Positions 52,467 to 64,000 of a stretch of DNA of 64,000 nt are shown piece after piece. Position 1 is the stretch's first letter, and each line of letters begins with the position of its first letter. The stretch is from assembly GCA_903813345.2 (NCBI GenBank), contig CAIIXF020000001.1, positions 32,302,001 through 32,366,000 on the forward strand. Reading direction: 5' to 3'. The notes under the pieces were generated by a model that saw nothing but the letters and a program-made list of their open reading frames with translations, ran no database searches and was not told where the DNA came from. The position numbers and the translations under genes are program-made. The DNA is from Owenia fusiformis (taxonomy: Eukaryota).

Positions 52467-53115
52467 TGGCCTAGTCACATAGCCCGGCCGATGAGGTTAC
52501 GATGAGCCAGCGATGCAATTTTCACCGAACTCGGCCGAACACCGGCCGGACATCCGTGGCGTTTGTTGCTTAAAACCGCATCGGTGGTAGCTCGGTGCAA
52601 TTTTAACTTCGGAGTTAAATTTCACCGGGCTCTCACCGAGTTCCCTCATCATGTCATCGCAGCCCCATCGTAACCACATCGGAAAACACGTCGGCCGGTG
52701 TCCCGTGCATCTGAGACAACCAGAGGACGAGGTTTTTTAACGGACAGCAGCCGAGCTCCGACCGAGCTCCGGCCGATGTGGGACAGAGCATCGGCCGGTC
52801 ACTGTTCAAAGCCCGTTAACAACCCGGCCGGCGATCGCACGGTGTCCTGTTACCTGCTCGGGTACCGGCCGTATTCCTTCCGATGTCCGGCCGACCTCCG
52901 GCCGGTAGTTGCTGCCACATCGGCAGAAAAAAACTACCATTTTGAGACAGACTCCGTACGGTCACCGGCCGGTGTTCGGTCGGTCGCCTGAAGATGTCCG
53001 GACGGTCCGTTCACGTCACCGAGCTCTGCTTCCGATGAGGAGAGCTCGGTGGCACCAAAAAAATCCACCGAGCTCTACCGATGCCGGACATCGGCCGGGC
53101 TATGTGACTAGGCCA
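52467..53115. mobile_element. GC-rich PIF/Harbinger MITE, TTA TSD
   Basis: TTA|tggcctagtcacatagcccggccgatg ... catcggccgggctatgtgactaggcca|TTA; perfect 27-bp TIR. Confidence 0.93.
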
Positions 53116-53440
53116 TTAAAGGGGCAACAAGGCCTGTAGAAAAAATTCAAATAATTTTACTTTTTCTGAGCTATCGGGGCAACATTTTACTTAAAATCTT
53201 CTTTGACATACCTATTTTCTTAAAATGTATGTATAAACTATCAATTTCAGCATAGTTAAGTGTAAATTCAGTTCAAGGTTCTATAAAGGGAGTCCCACTT
53301 ATAGATTTCCTAGATCCACCACGTTTCAAGAGGAATATCAGCTGAAATAATATTCATTCAGGGGGTTTCTTTGGAGATAATAAAATTGTATGTTAGTCTT
53401 GATGAAATATCCAAACTGTTACGCGGTAAACACGATACAA

Positions 53441-53885
53441 ATATATGTCATATTCCGCAACGAATATGGCATATTCACTTGCGGTGTATGACAGATTCAC
53501 CTGCGGCAATATTACGTAATAAACTTATTCAATAAATCAAGGATTCATATATTAGTACTCGAGGCACTAACAGTATTGGTAATCCAGCATAGTTTTACAT
53601 TTAGAGTCGATTTTCGCAACCAATCAAATCAAGGCTCCATGTATTACGTTTTCACCTGCGGTATATGTCATACTCACCTGGGGTATATGGCATATTCCGC
53701 AAATGAGTATGACATATTCTGCACGTGAGTATCGGGTATTCACTGAAAGTAATGTATCACATATTCACCGTGGAATATACCATACTCACCTGCGGAATAT
53801 GACATATACCGCAGGTGAGTATGGCATATTCACCCGTATCACAAATACCGCGCAACCATGAATATATGCCATATTCCGCGTAACA
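53441..53885. repeat. Degenerate short repeats (tatgncatattc/cacctgcgg) in both orientations
   Basis: More than ten imperfect copies at ~53441-53515 and ~53650-53885; probably subterminal repeats of a decayed DNA transposon. Confidence 0.6.
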
Positions 53886-55062
53886 GATACCACTCATTTT
53901 ACACATTGTCAATTTAATGATCTTTTTTTGAATGGTAACAATATAATTTGAAATAAATAGTCTATATATATACCGTTCTCTATATTGTTTTAGAAAACAC
54001 ATCAGACACTTATTTTGTTCTTGGTATCATACGTTCGGAATGAAATGAAACATCTATCCGAACCTCATTGGAACAAAATGACATAAACACAACGTGTATA
54101 GGTCTCTCAATATTGTAATTGTACAAAGGAAAGTTTGGTTGATTTCAAAAGTATCTTGTTAATGAAATAAAAGGTTTATCTTAATATTTATCTCTTTGGT
54201 TAAATGTTAAATTTTTAGATATTTTTTCTTGAATCATCCAAAATTTCCTTTGTATAACTATAATACTGAGAGAACTAAGAAAATGTTGTATATGCAATTT
54301 TGTTCCAACAAGCTTCGGAAAGATATTTTATTTAATAAACAGTTATATAAAATATATATAAATTATTTTCGCATTAAATTGTTGTCAATCAGTCAACATT
54401 ACATAAAGGGCCGTGTTTTTTACAGAATGTTTTCAATAATTGGTTTAAGAGAGAAACATTGTTGGACTCAGTTCACCATATCGATACCAATCCTTTTGGA
54501 AAACAACACCTTCAAGGAAGTGGTATTAAGATGCTACAAATTGTTATATAGGCTCATACCTTTTAAACAGGTAATGTGCCTATTTTTGAAGGAAAAGGGA
54601 CAAAATATTATTTGAGACATGTTACTCACACACTGAATCAAATATGATAAAAACTTTAATTTGGGTCAATACTGAAGTGAAAAAAATTGCTTGCCCAGAA
54701 AACAGCATTTGAAGTTCAGAGATCAAAAGAAGTGAACTACCCATTTCCACACTTTTCACAAAGTGTATGCTTTACATAACTCTTGAATTAAAAGATGGCG
54801 TATGGTTGAAAATCCTATCAAAAATGGATATGAATGGATAATTTATGCAAACAACAATGCCATCTTTCAATGGCATTGCTAAAACTTGAAATATATAAAT
54901 TGATGGATCAAAAATATTTTCTCAAGATCTAGTGTCAACTCTTATGTGATCTGTTTGAGCTGTTTTTGGTGTCAAATGAAAGATCAGGTACTTAATTACT
55001 AATCCATTGGGAATACTATGAAGATCAAATGTGAGACTTCATTTACGCATTTTGTTCCTATA

Positions 55063-55312
55063 ATGGTATTATGATGTTTCAAATTGTTATATAGGCTCAT
55101 AGCTTTTAAGATCAGTTTGGTATTATATGTTTCAAATTTGTTAGACAGGCTCATACCTTTTAGTATCAATATGGTATTATGATGGCACAAATTGTTACAT
55201 AGGCTCGTACCTTTTAAGATCAGTATGATGTTATGATGTTATGGTGTTTCAAATTGTTATATCTCATACCTTTTAGGCTCAATATGGTATTATGATGTTT
55301 CAAGGCTCATAC
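55063..55312 (+). repeat. ~54-bp degenerate minisatellite, ~4.5 copies
   Basis: Unit atggtattatgatgtttcaaattgttatataggctcataccttttaagatcagt; an isolated copy lies at ~54520-54570. Confidence 0.8.
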
Positions 55313-55633
55313 CTGATAGGATCATAAGTTTCATGATGCTGATTTTTCATGTTGGCATACCTTAATTTGAAACTCTAATTAGAGAAATCGGGGCAGTAAT
55401 ATGAAGGACATTTACATTACACAGCTTACATACCCCATTCTCATTATACCACAGATTATACCATCTTACAAAGTCTGTTTGAACGTGAAACAGTCAGTTC
55501 GAGCTTGACATTTCTATTTTGTGTAGAAAAATTAGTCATCTACTTTAGATAGCACACCATTTGGACTTCTAAATATTAGAATATACATGATTTTCCTAAT
55601 TTGTACAAGGTTTCCTTCTGGTATATTGAATAA

Positions 55634-56130
55634 CAGTAGTTACTTTGTCGGAACGGCAATGTAACAAAATGGATGAATTCGAACCTCCTGGATACGAGTT
55701 CTTTGTTCTCTCGATTTAAACTTACGTATAAGTCATGTTGCGGTTTATCATTTGGCACAAAGTTAGAGAATATAGTCTAGCTTTTAGAAATGCTCTCGGC
55801 TTGGAATTAATTTTTTTTAAAAGCTGTAATTCGTGCACTTAGACCATCGCTTCTGTTACATTGACGTAAGTCGTCAAAGTAACATACATTGGTAATATAA
55901 CGAACTTTCGTCAATGTAACAAAAGCGAGGGGCTAAATATATGAATTGCAACTTCATTTACAAAACAAATTCCAAATCGAAGCAATTTGTCAAAACTAGA
56001 CTATATGTTCTAGCTTTGTGCCAAATTATAATCTGCAACTTGACTTTTAAGTAGGGTTTGAATCGAGAAAACAAAAAACCCGTAACCAGGAAGTTCATCT
56101 ATTTTGTTACGACGTTCCGTCAAAGTACTG
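55634..56130. mobile_element. ~500-bp foldback MITE, almost fully palindromic
   Basis: Termini tactttgtcggaacg / cgttccgtcaaagtactg|TA; the arms pair (e.g. tttggcacaaag / ctttgtgccaaa) inward to ~55880. Confidence 0.8.
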
Positions 56131-56905
56131 TAACTATTTGTGGAACAGTGATTACTGTGAGAAAATAGGTTGGTGGTTATAAGTCAAATAGGCCAGTCTT
56201 ATTTACTTTATTTCAAATGCTTAACATGTACTGTTAACACAATGTGTACGGGGTCAAGGACTAATTTTAGGGGGACAGTAATTTACAATAGGTGGTTATA
56301 TCAGTTGTTCATTAACAAGAACATACCCCAGATAGATAAGTGAAAGAAGTAATATAGGAATATTTCATTAGTATTCAAAGTACAAGAATGATCAAACCAC
56401 TCCCGCTTTAAATAGGTTTTGCATGTATAGTTCATATATTCCCAGCTAGAGACTCTAGAGATAGTCCTAACTATTTACTCTTATTAAACATTATGTTTAG
56501 AAAAGTACAAGTTATATACATTCTAGAGTGACATTAATAAACATTGCTACTCATTACATATCTAACCTTATCACAGGGACTGTGCCAATTACATTCAAGT
56601 AGCTGCTGAACGCCCGCAATACGGTACCTCGAGAAAGGGTGGAAATTGAAATTAATCAGATGTTTTCATTAGAAACAGGTAATGATGATTCCCATTCATC
56701 TCCTCTCGTTGTACCGTTCCTCACACGTTTGAAGCGTCCATGCAAAATTGATACGGCCCCTTTGTTTTATCTCAAACCACCAATTCGCATTTTGAACGAC
56801 ATGAAGTAAGTTTAGGTTTGGATTCGTATAGTAAAGTATGACATGGACATAGTGTAAAAACGAGTCACAATAAGTACAATTGTGACCCATAGGAGTAGCA
56901 TCGAC

Positions 56906-57058
56906 ATGGATCTTGATGATGTTCTGCAATTGCTAGGTGCCCATGGACGATTTCAGGTTATAGCATGGGCCATCATCGCAACTGCAAACAATTTTCCCTC
57001 TGTGATGCATATGAATATAATGACATTTATGGGATTCGAGCCGAACCACCACTGTAAG
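56906..57058 (+). CDS. SLC22 coding exon 1
   Basis: MDLDDVLQLLGAHGRFQ...EPNHHCK, then donor gttagt. Confidence 0.9.
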
Positions 57059-60000
57059 GTTAGTAACCGGAAGTCTTATTGAAAAGTTTTGATGACGTCA
57101 AGGAGGATTGGCTCACATTGAAATTGAAATTCATAAACAGTAAGTTTAGTCACACAACTATGTTAATATACAAGCATGCATTCACCAAACAAAATGATAT
57201 TCTATAAATATAAAACATAATTCCGCAGATCTGAAATCTGGAGACCTTAAACAGCAATCCGGCCTCACAAATAAGTATAATAAAACTTTAATATTGATTT
57301 CATGACAATTTGATTTCATGAATATAGATTACCTTTAAAATGATCAGCGTATCGTATTGAGAGTAACTATTCTTATCCTGATTTCAAGTTGGGTGTTATT
57401 TTTTGGCCCACCCTGTAACTACATATATATATTTTTATATTAAATACTTATAACGTAGATATACGCATTAACACAAGTTATGCTTTCACGTATGAGCAAT
57501 CTCTCTATTATACATTACAGATACCTGATAACAGTACGCTAAATGAAAGTATACCCGTCGAATTAAAAAATGGCCTGATTGAAGTTGACAAGTGCCATCG
57601 TTATGAAACATTTTATTCCAACGATACAACGATAGGGAGTCGATCGTTAGTTGGGTGTGATAATGGCTGGACATACGATAGGGATCCGATAACGTCATCA
57701 ATTGTCACTGAGGTAAGTAACACAGATAACAATTTCTGTATCATATTGCAGAACAGCTTACCTGAATAATTATTTCAGTTATATCTATAACTTAGAAACA
57801 TGTGTTCTTGACTACATATTTGCATAGCTAGCTTTTATTTATTTTCTTAATTTTTTATAATATTTTGATAATCATGTTGCAGCAACATTACGGGTATTAT
57901 AGATGACAAGGGCATGGAATGTTGTACACTCCCCTTCATAAGTTTGGCAACCTTTTTCCCCCCTTGAACTACGTGTTAAAGCCTCTTTACCTTTGAATTT
58001 TTATTTACTTAACCTGCGATGAAAATACTTATACTATTGATGGAAACGTAATTTGACTTTAATTCCAATACCTCCAAATTTTCTCAATTTTTTTCCTGAA
58101 TTACAATAGGTCGAAAATTGATGATGAATTTGATGAATTTTTGAAAATCGACATTCCCATGTTAACCAATGGGAAATGGTAGGTTTGCCGCAAGTCATAT
58201 GACAGAATATCCATCCATCCGAGTCCTTGCAAAAATACGAGTTAGGCAGGTAATTGAATTTGCTAACTTTATTTAACAAAAAATTGATATGTTCCTTCAG
58301 GTTCAACAAAGTTATAGGGCTTTAAAGTCAAAATTGTTTTTCAAAAAACCTCTCCCATTGAAATAACACAGGAGGCGAAAAATAATTTTCAAAAATGACT
58401 TTGAAGCGCTGTAACTTTAATATTCATCAAATAAACTAAACACTTAGTGTTCAAAAAAGTTAGACAATTCAATTTTCTATATGAAAATATTTTTTGCTGA
58501 ATCTTTTACTGAAAAGATATCCTGATTTCTGATTTGCCCTGAACCCTCCATTTCCCATTGGATTACATGAGAAAGACGATTTTCAAAAATTCATCAAATT
58601 TATCATCAATTTTCGACCTATTGTAATTGAGGAAAAAAATTGAGAAAATTTGGAGGTTTTGGAAATAAAGTCAAGTTACGTTTCCATCAATATCATAAGT
58701 TATTTCATCGCCGGTTAAGTAAATAAAAAGTCAAACGTAAAGAGGCTTTAACACGTAGTTCAATGGAGAAAAAAGGTTGCCAAACTTATGGAGGGGAGTG
58801 TATGAATGTATGTAGTGTGTGCCATCTTGTCATAGGGCATATGTCTAGAGAAGCGGTGAATAAGACACGGAATTCATATCTTCCAAATTCTAAGGATTAG
58901 AGAGTAATAAATGGCCTGTTAAGGGAATAGAGTGATAGGGACGAGTTTCGGAGAATGTCGCATTTTTTACATACTTAGTATTCAGTTCTCATCATTCCAT
59001 GTCGTACCTATTTGCCTTTATCTTGATTTTCAATTGTAATGAATTCGGAAGGTTCTATATCTTTAAATCTTCAAACCATCTCTATTCCTTTTACTTGCTG
59101 ATCATACCTCAGCTAACAAAAATTCATACTTCTTGATGAAGATGAATGAGATCTGGAAGTCAGAAAAAATGGTGCAAGACTAAATTCTTAAATGCACTTT
59201 CAGTGGAATTTGGTGTGCAAGGACAATTTCCTGCCTGAAATGTCCTTAACTATTCTGAATGTTGGCGTGATGGTTGGCGCTGTGTTATTCGGATTTCTAT
59301 CAGACAAGTATGGCCGCAAGAAGGTGCTGTTTGGTTGCGTTGCAGCACAGGCTGTGGTGGGGGGATTACTCTCTCTCTCCGTAAACATCTACATGTTCAT
59401 ATGCCTTCGGTTTATCATTGGAATGCTAGAACAGGTAAATTGTAAAAATATATCAGTACATACACGAACATTAACAACAACTGGCTAGGTAAACTCATAC
59501 ATGGTTTGCATTTCCTATTCAACAATATTTTTGTTACAGGGTGTTAATATAACTGGGTTCATTATGGCGATGGAATTATTTCCCCCAAAGGAGAGGGTTC
59601 CATTTGGAATAATCCACGAGGTCTTCTGGGCAATAGGGGCTGTTTTACTTGGGTTTTATGCTTATTTGTTCAGAGACTGGCGTCATCTACAACTGATCGT
59701 GTCACTTCCTGTTATATTAATTCTCCCTATGTTGTGGTGAGTTTCTTTCTTTTTTAAAATCCTTCTGTATTTAATCATCTCTATTATATCTTCGTTGTAA
59801 TTTGGCATGTTGAGATTGACAAACAATCGATTGAATTCTAGGTTCATTCCGGAATCTCTTGTATGGTTGATATCAAAGGGTCGTCTTCGAGAGGCTGAAC
59901 GTATCATCCAGAAAGCCGCTAAATGGAATAAAGTCAAACTTCCAATGAATATTTTGTCCGAATCCAAAGGCGATACGATAGAAATGCTAGGGAAGATCAA

Positions 60001-63000
60001 GGAGAAAGAAAATATCGAGAAGGAACGAATATATACAGCCATTGATCTATTTAGAACACCTGTGACACGCAGAGTCACGATATGTCTATCATTTCTGTGG
60101 TAAGAATGTGATTTATGTATACCTCAAACATCCTTTTGAATGGAAGAAGCTCTAGCTCTGTTGTTACCATGGTGAAGATTTTTTCATGGCAACAGACAAT
60201 TGGGTGAGGAATATTTTAGAAACCTCAGTCAGCTGACAACTACTACCTTTATCTAAATGAGAGTTTGGATACTTTTTGCAAGAGAAATTGCTGAAGATAA
60301 ATAATCTAATCTCAAAATTATAAACTTATTCATCAAGATATGGCAATACTAAGCACATGTGCTGTATTTTTTCCATTAAAGTATTGGGTATCAAACCCCT
60401 TCATTATCTTAAATTACTTTGTAGGTTAGTTAATATCATGGTTTACTATGGGTTATCCCTCAATACTCCGAACTTTCAGGGAGATATGTACCTGAATTAC
60501 TTCATCCTGCAGATAATTGAAGTCCCAGCCCTCATCATCACTTATTTTCTTATATTCAGGTACGTCTTCACTAACTCAACATTTGATTGAAATGAATAAA
60601 AAGAAACCGTTATATAATCATCAAAGGTTACACCTTGTAACAAGAGGAGAGACGCCATAGTTTATAGCTGAACTTATACAACCTCTTCTTCCCACTCTTT
60701 GTTTGTTTCAAAATGCCCATCTTCTCGTTTCGGTATTCACCACGTTTGGCATTGACGTGATGTTAATATATTCTTTACAGCTTTCTTCATCTTGACATGA
60801 AATGACAAATTATAATATTGTGGGAAATTTAGGAATTCCCCACTTTATGTTATTTTAATTAAATTGTAATAATCTTTAATAAATTTAAAAGTTAATTGTT
60901 ACATGTCATTAGCAATTTAAGAGGGATTCTCCCGGGAGTTACTAATTACATTGGACCAAAAGGTAAGGGGTGTTTCCCCTAAAATTGGTCACGTGGGATC
61001 CCTGATTTACAAAAGTTGAACCTGGGGCTTGAGGAAGAAGAAGCGTGAGGAAGATGGCGGCCATTTAGCTTTGGATTGATGCTGAAACTTGTGGAGATAT
61101 CGTAGGAGATAAGTGTAATCTGTCATTAAGGATAGTGACATTTATTCGAGAAGTATTTTGTGCTGTTGTTGAGGCAGTTTAATCTACACGGAAGTAGGTT
61201 TATTGGACGTTTTGGAGAGGGAAAAGCGGGAGAGAATCAGGGCCATGTGTGGTGTGACTACCTGTGGATGACCTGAAGTTGGGAGTAAGGTATCTAGAAG
61301 CAGGAAGACGCATGTGGTAAGGTTACCTTTTTCTATGGCTCGTATTCCATAGCTTCAAATGATGTTGAGGATGATGATGTGCTGATCATCTATTATTTTG
61401 AGAAACAGTGAATTATTTATAAGACTTTATGAAAGGTGCATTTATGTGCGTTTAACTTTGTAATTCCAAGCTAAATATTTCCATCTGGCTGCCAGTGTTG
61501 TCTTCCAAGTGTTTGATATCTAAGCCTGTACATTTCATTCTCAGTTGCGGCATCTAAAAGTGAGCTGGAAGTAACTGTCACTTCCTGCGGAACTACCAGA
61601 GAGTGACTGGGAATAATTGTTGTTTAGTGTTGATCAGAACCTGATTTATACAGTATTTCTATGCTTATATCAGTTTGAGATCTCAAATAACCTTTCTATA
61701 GTTGTGCTTTTAGTGTTTTTCTACCTTTGCTAATAAAAAGGGGAATCTATATCTCTTTAATAAATTAATTCATCATCCTTTAGCTTCTCTTAACAAATAC
61801 TCATTATTTCATTCTCTCAACGCTTCTCGTGTACCATTGAAGAGCGAAAGATATTTGCGAAGTAAATTGATCCTTTGCCTTTGCTCCTCATGTGAATTAT
61901 CAGGGAGTAATATAGATTGTGCATTTCTCATTAGAATTACTCATCTCCAGCATTGTTTCACTCTTATTGTGAGAGCTAATTTATTCAGGTTTACTCATTG
62001 GCCCTACAGAATCTACCAGTGAGCCGAGAGTAATTATTATTCTCAGCGGAACTAACAGAGAGTAGGCCAGGAGTAATCCAATTGAAAGAGTAATTTGAAG
62101 AGCAATTGGGAGTACCATGTGAGAGTAAGCCAGGGGTTATCTGAGAGTGGAAAGAGTGGGAAGAGTAACTTGTGAGTAGAGTAAGCCGGGAGTAATCTGA
62201 GAGCAGGAATAAACAACGAGTAATCATTGGAGTAATTAAGGAGTTGTCTGAGATTAGGAGTAATCAAGGAGTAATTTGAGAGCAGGAGGAGTAAATTGAG
62301 AGTGACCATATTAGCAGAGGAGGAGTAACTTGAGGAATCCAAGAGTAAATTGGAGGAAGCTGAAGAGTAACCAGGAGTATTATTAATTTCGTTGTAAGGA
62401 GTAACCAGAGAGTAATTGAGACGATCAAACAAGACCTTAGAAGAGACTGAGTAGCCAAGTGAATATAATTTTCAGGACATTGAGAGTAGTATTTCTTTAT
62501 GAACAATTCAGTGATGATAGACATTTGAGTTTTATTTTATCAGAGCATTTGAGTAATAATAAGGACTTTGAGATTACTCTTTGAGTATATGAGAATAAAT
62601 AAAGACAGTAGACATACATTATTTGAGTAGATTGCTATTTTATTGTAATTTTTATTGTAATTGTACAAATATATGTGTTTTTGTTGCCATTAATTCTTGT
62701 CGTGTATGTTCTCTTAAGCCGCAGTACCACCAAACCAGGTCTGCGCCCACGTAGATAATCTGTGAGAATCCCATAATAAAATATTTGTCAGTGACTTGAC
62801 CTCTCCACACTACCACATTTTGGCCAGGTCCGACAATATAGGGAAATTTTGTTTTCTTAGCTTCCGATTAATAAATGTCATTTGACCGATCGGCGACGAG
62901 GGTATAAAAAGCGATGTGTCCGTCACAGAGCAATAAAAGTTGATTTCATCTTTACATGAAGATAGGATCATCTTAACGGGCGATCTTAGAATTCAGGGGC

Positions 63001-63996
63001 TCTCTTCTTACCTGAAGCGTTCTCATTATAGGATAGGTCGTCGTTGGCCTCTATGTGCCACGCATGTATTTGGAGGCGTTGCATGTGTGATCACCCCTTT
63101 CATTCCAATGGCAACTTCTTCAGGAATAGATATATCATGGATTAGTATTACGATGGCCATGTTAGGCAAGTTTGGTATCACTGCGTCTTTCACCATACTT
63201 TTCATATACGGTCCTGAGATATACCCAACTGTCATCAGGTAACCTATTATTGTTATATTTCATTCTCAAAATGTTATAGTAAAACACTTTTGTCCAAAAT
63301 CCTTACATGCTTTATAAGTTACAAGGTTATTCTTAAATGTTACAAACCACTTCCCTTATTTTTAATGTTAAATTTCTACAACATGTAATTGTTTAATTAC
63401 ATTGATAAGATTATCCTTTTGCACACTACATATTTACTCATATGTTTGGAGTATTTATGGGCCAGCAACGAGTTTAAACATAATAAAAATTCTTGTAAGA
63501 GTATGATGTTATCGATCACGTCAGAGACATTTGAAACATTTTTAATTAACAAAATACCGATACTAATTTCACAGTTATCAATGACTTCATAGTCTAGTTT
63601 ACATTAGTGTTCATAAAAACTCTACAATTACAATACAAAGTGTAAATTTAATATATTGACACCATGTGCAATTACATGCGAACACTTTTCAATATATCTT
63701 GTTATTCATCTCCTTTCAGAAACACTGGATCTGGCTTTGGTTCGATGTGGGGACGGCTGGGAGGCATTTTGTATCCATATATCATCTATTTCAACAAAGT
63801 TGAACAACTTGGTGATTTCAGGACTTATATGCCCATGGTTATTCTCGGAGTGTTGTCAATAGTTGCAGGATTCCTCGCTCTTCCGCTTCCAGAAACCAAC
63901 AACAGACCTCTACCCGAAACCATAAATGACTTGGAACATTATGAAGAATTTTGTAAAATGCATTCTAAACTAAATAATGAAAATGCAAATATTTAA
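56906..63996 (+). CDS. SLC22-family (MFS) organic cation/anion/zwitterion transporter, 8 coding exons, 549 aa
   Basis: join(56906-57058,57521-57712,59204-59434,59540-59736,59842-60099,60425-60559,63032-63238,63720-63996) = 1650 nt, all introns GT-AG and phase-consistent. SLC22 motifs: DDVLQLLGAHGRFQ, Cys-rich loop with SIVTEWNLVC, LSDKYGRK, ELFP, PES..WL, YYGLSLN, IGRR, EIYPTVIR, LPET. Confidence 0.95.
57521..57712 (+). CDS. SLC22 coding exon 2 (extracellular loop; absent from the ORF track)
   Basis: ttacag|IPDNSTLNESIP...KCHRY...GCDNGWTYDRDPITSSIVTE|gtaagt. Confidence 0.92.
57927..58800. mobile_element. Tc1/mariner-type MITE, family A, copy 2, in SLC22 intron 2
   Basis: TA-flanked cactcccc...ggggagtg; near-identical reverse complement of 22277-23152. 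Confidence 0.93.
59204..59434 (+). CDS. SLC22 coding exon 3
   Basis: tttcag|WNLVCKD...LSDKYGRKK...GMLEQ|gtaaat. Confidence 0.93.
59540..59736 (+). CDS. SLC22 coding exon 4
   Basis: ttacag|GVNITGFIMAMELFPPKER...RDWRHLQ...|gtgagt. Confidence 0.93.
59842..60099 (+). CDS. SLC22 coding exon 5
   Basis: ttctag|FIPESLVWLISKGR...DLFRTP...|gtaaga. Confidence 0.93.
60425..60559 (+). CDS. SLC22 coding exon 6
   Basis: ttgtag|LVNIMVYYGLSLN...IEVPA...|gtacgt. Confidence 0.92.
60819..62835 (+). mobile_element. ~2-kb solo LTR (Gypsy-type, 4-bp TSD) in SLC22 intron 6
   Basis: ATAT|tgtggga ... tccgaca|ATAT (TG..CA ends with a 6/7 terminal IR); contains gtcacgtg (~60988), aagatggcggcc (~61051), a GAGTAA-rich block and AATAAA motifs; no coding domains. 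Orientation is inferred. Confidence 0.72.
62020..62600 (+). repeat. GAGTAA/GGAGTA-rich degenerate repeat block inside the solo LTR
   Basis: Dozens of irregularly spaced gagta(a) motifs on a purine-rich + strand. Confidence 0.8.
63032..63238 (+). CDS. SLC22 coding exon 7
   Basis: ttatag|IGRRWPL...LGKFGIT...EIYPTVI|gtaacc. Confidence 0.93.
63720..63996 (+). CDS. SLC22 coding exon 8 (terminal)
   Basis: tttcag|NTGSGFGSMWGRLGG...LPETNNRPLPETINDLE...; TAA at 63994-63996. Confidence 0.9.
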
Positions 63997-64000
63997 TTTA

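Noticed and set aside
52467..53139. CpG island or GC-rich ORFs as a gene
   Set aside because: Coincides with a Harbinger MITE bounded by TIRs and a TTA TSD.
59683..60078. 131-aa minus-strand ORF
   Set aside because: Antisense shadow of SLC22 exons 4-5.
61991..62524. Ser/Leu/Tyr-rich minus-strand ORFs
   Set aside because: By-product of the GAGTAA repeat block in the solo LTR.
62891..62901. ggcgacgagg as a PBS for the intron-6 LTR
   Set aside because: It lies ~55 bp beyond the LTR end and outside the TSD, and no internal retroelement sequence follows.

Overview
AT-rich eukaryotic DNA, probably from an invertebrate animal (inferred from the spliced gene and the repeat types); no prokaryotic features were seen. 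The one intact host gene is an 8-coding-exon SLC22/MFS organic-ion transporter (+ strand, 56906-63996, 549 aa), with a MITE in intron 2 and a 2-kb solo LTR in intron 6. The rest is mostly transposon-derived. A decayed but fully bounded Gypsy (Mag-like) LTR retrotransposon (5237-16659, 5-bp TSD GAAGA) carries three DNA-transposon insertions, one of which holds a fourth. There is also a 5'-truncated CR1-type LINE and non-autonomous DNA elements whose termini and TSDs fit Tc1/mariner, PIF/Harbinger, Mutator, P, CACTA-like and Transib-like superfamilies. The most unusual items are: a 34-bp remnant that looks like a P-element excision footprint, with a full-length relative in the same window; two CAC-ended elements with 5-bp TSDs, one ending in an RSS-heptamer-like CACGGTG and holding a possible spliced mini-ORF; Tc1/mariner derivatives built from inverted transposase 3' ends; and a family of TIR-less hairpins with GNA-type loops. 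All coordinates and identities were read by eye, and no database search was possible.
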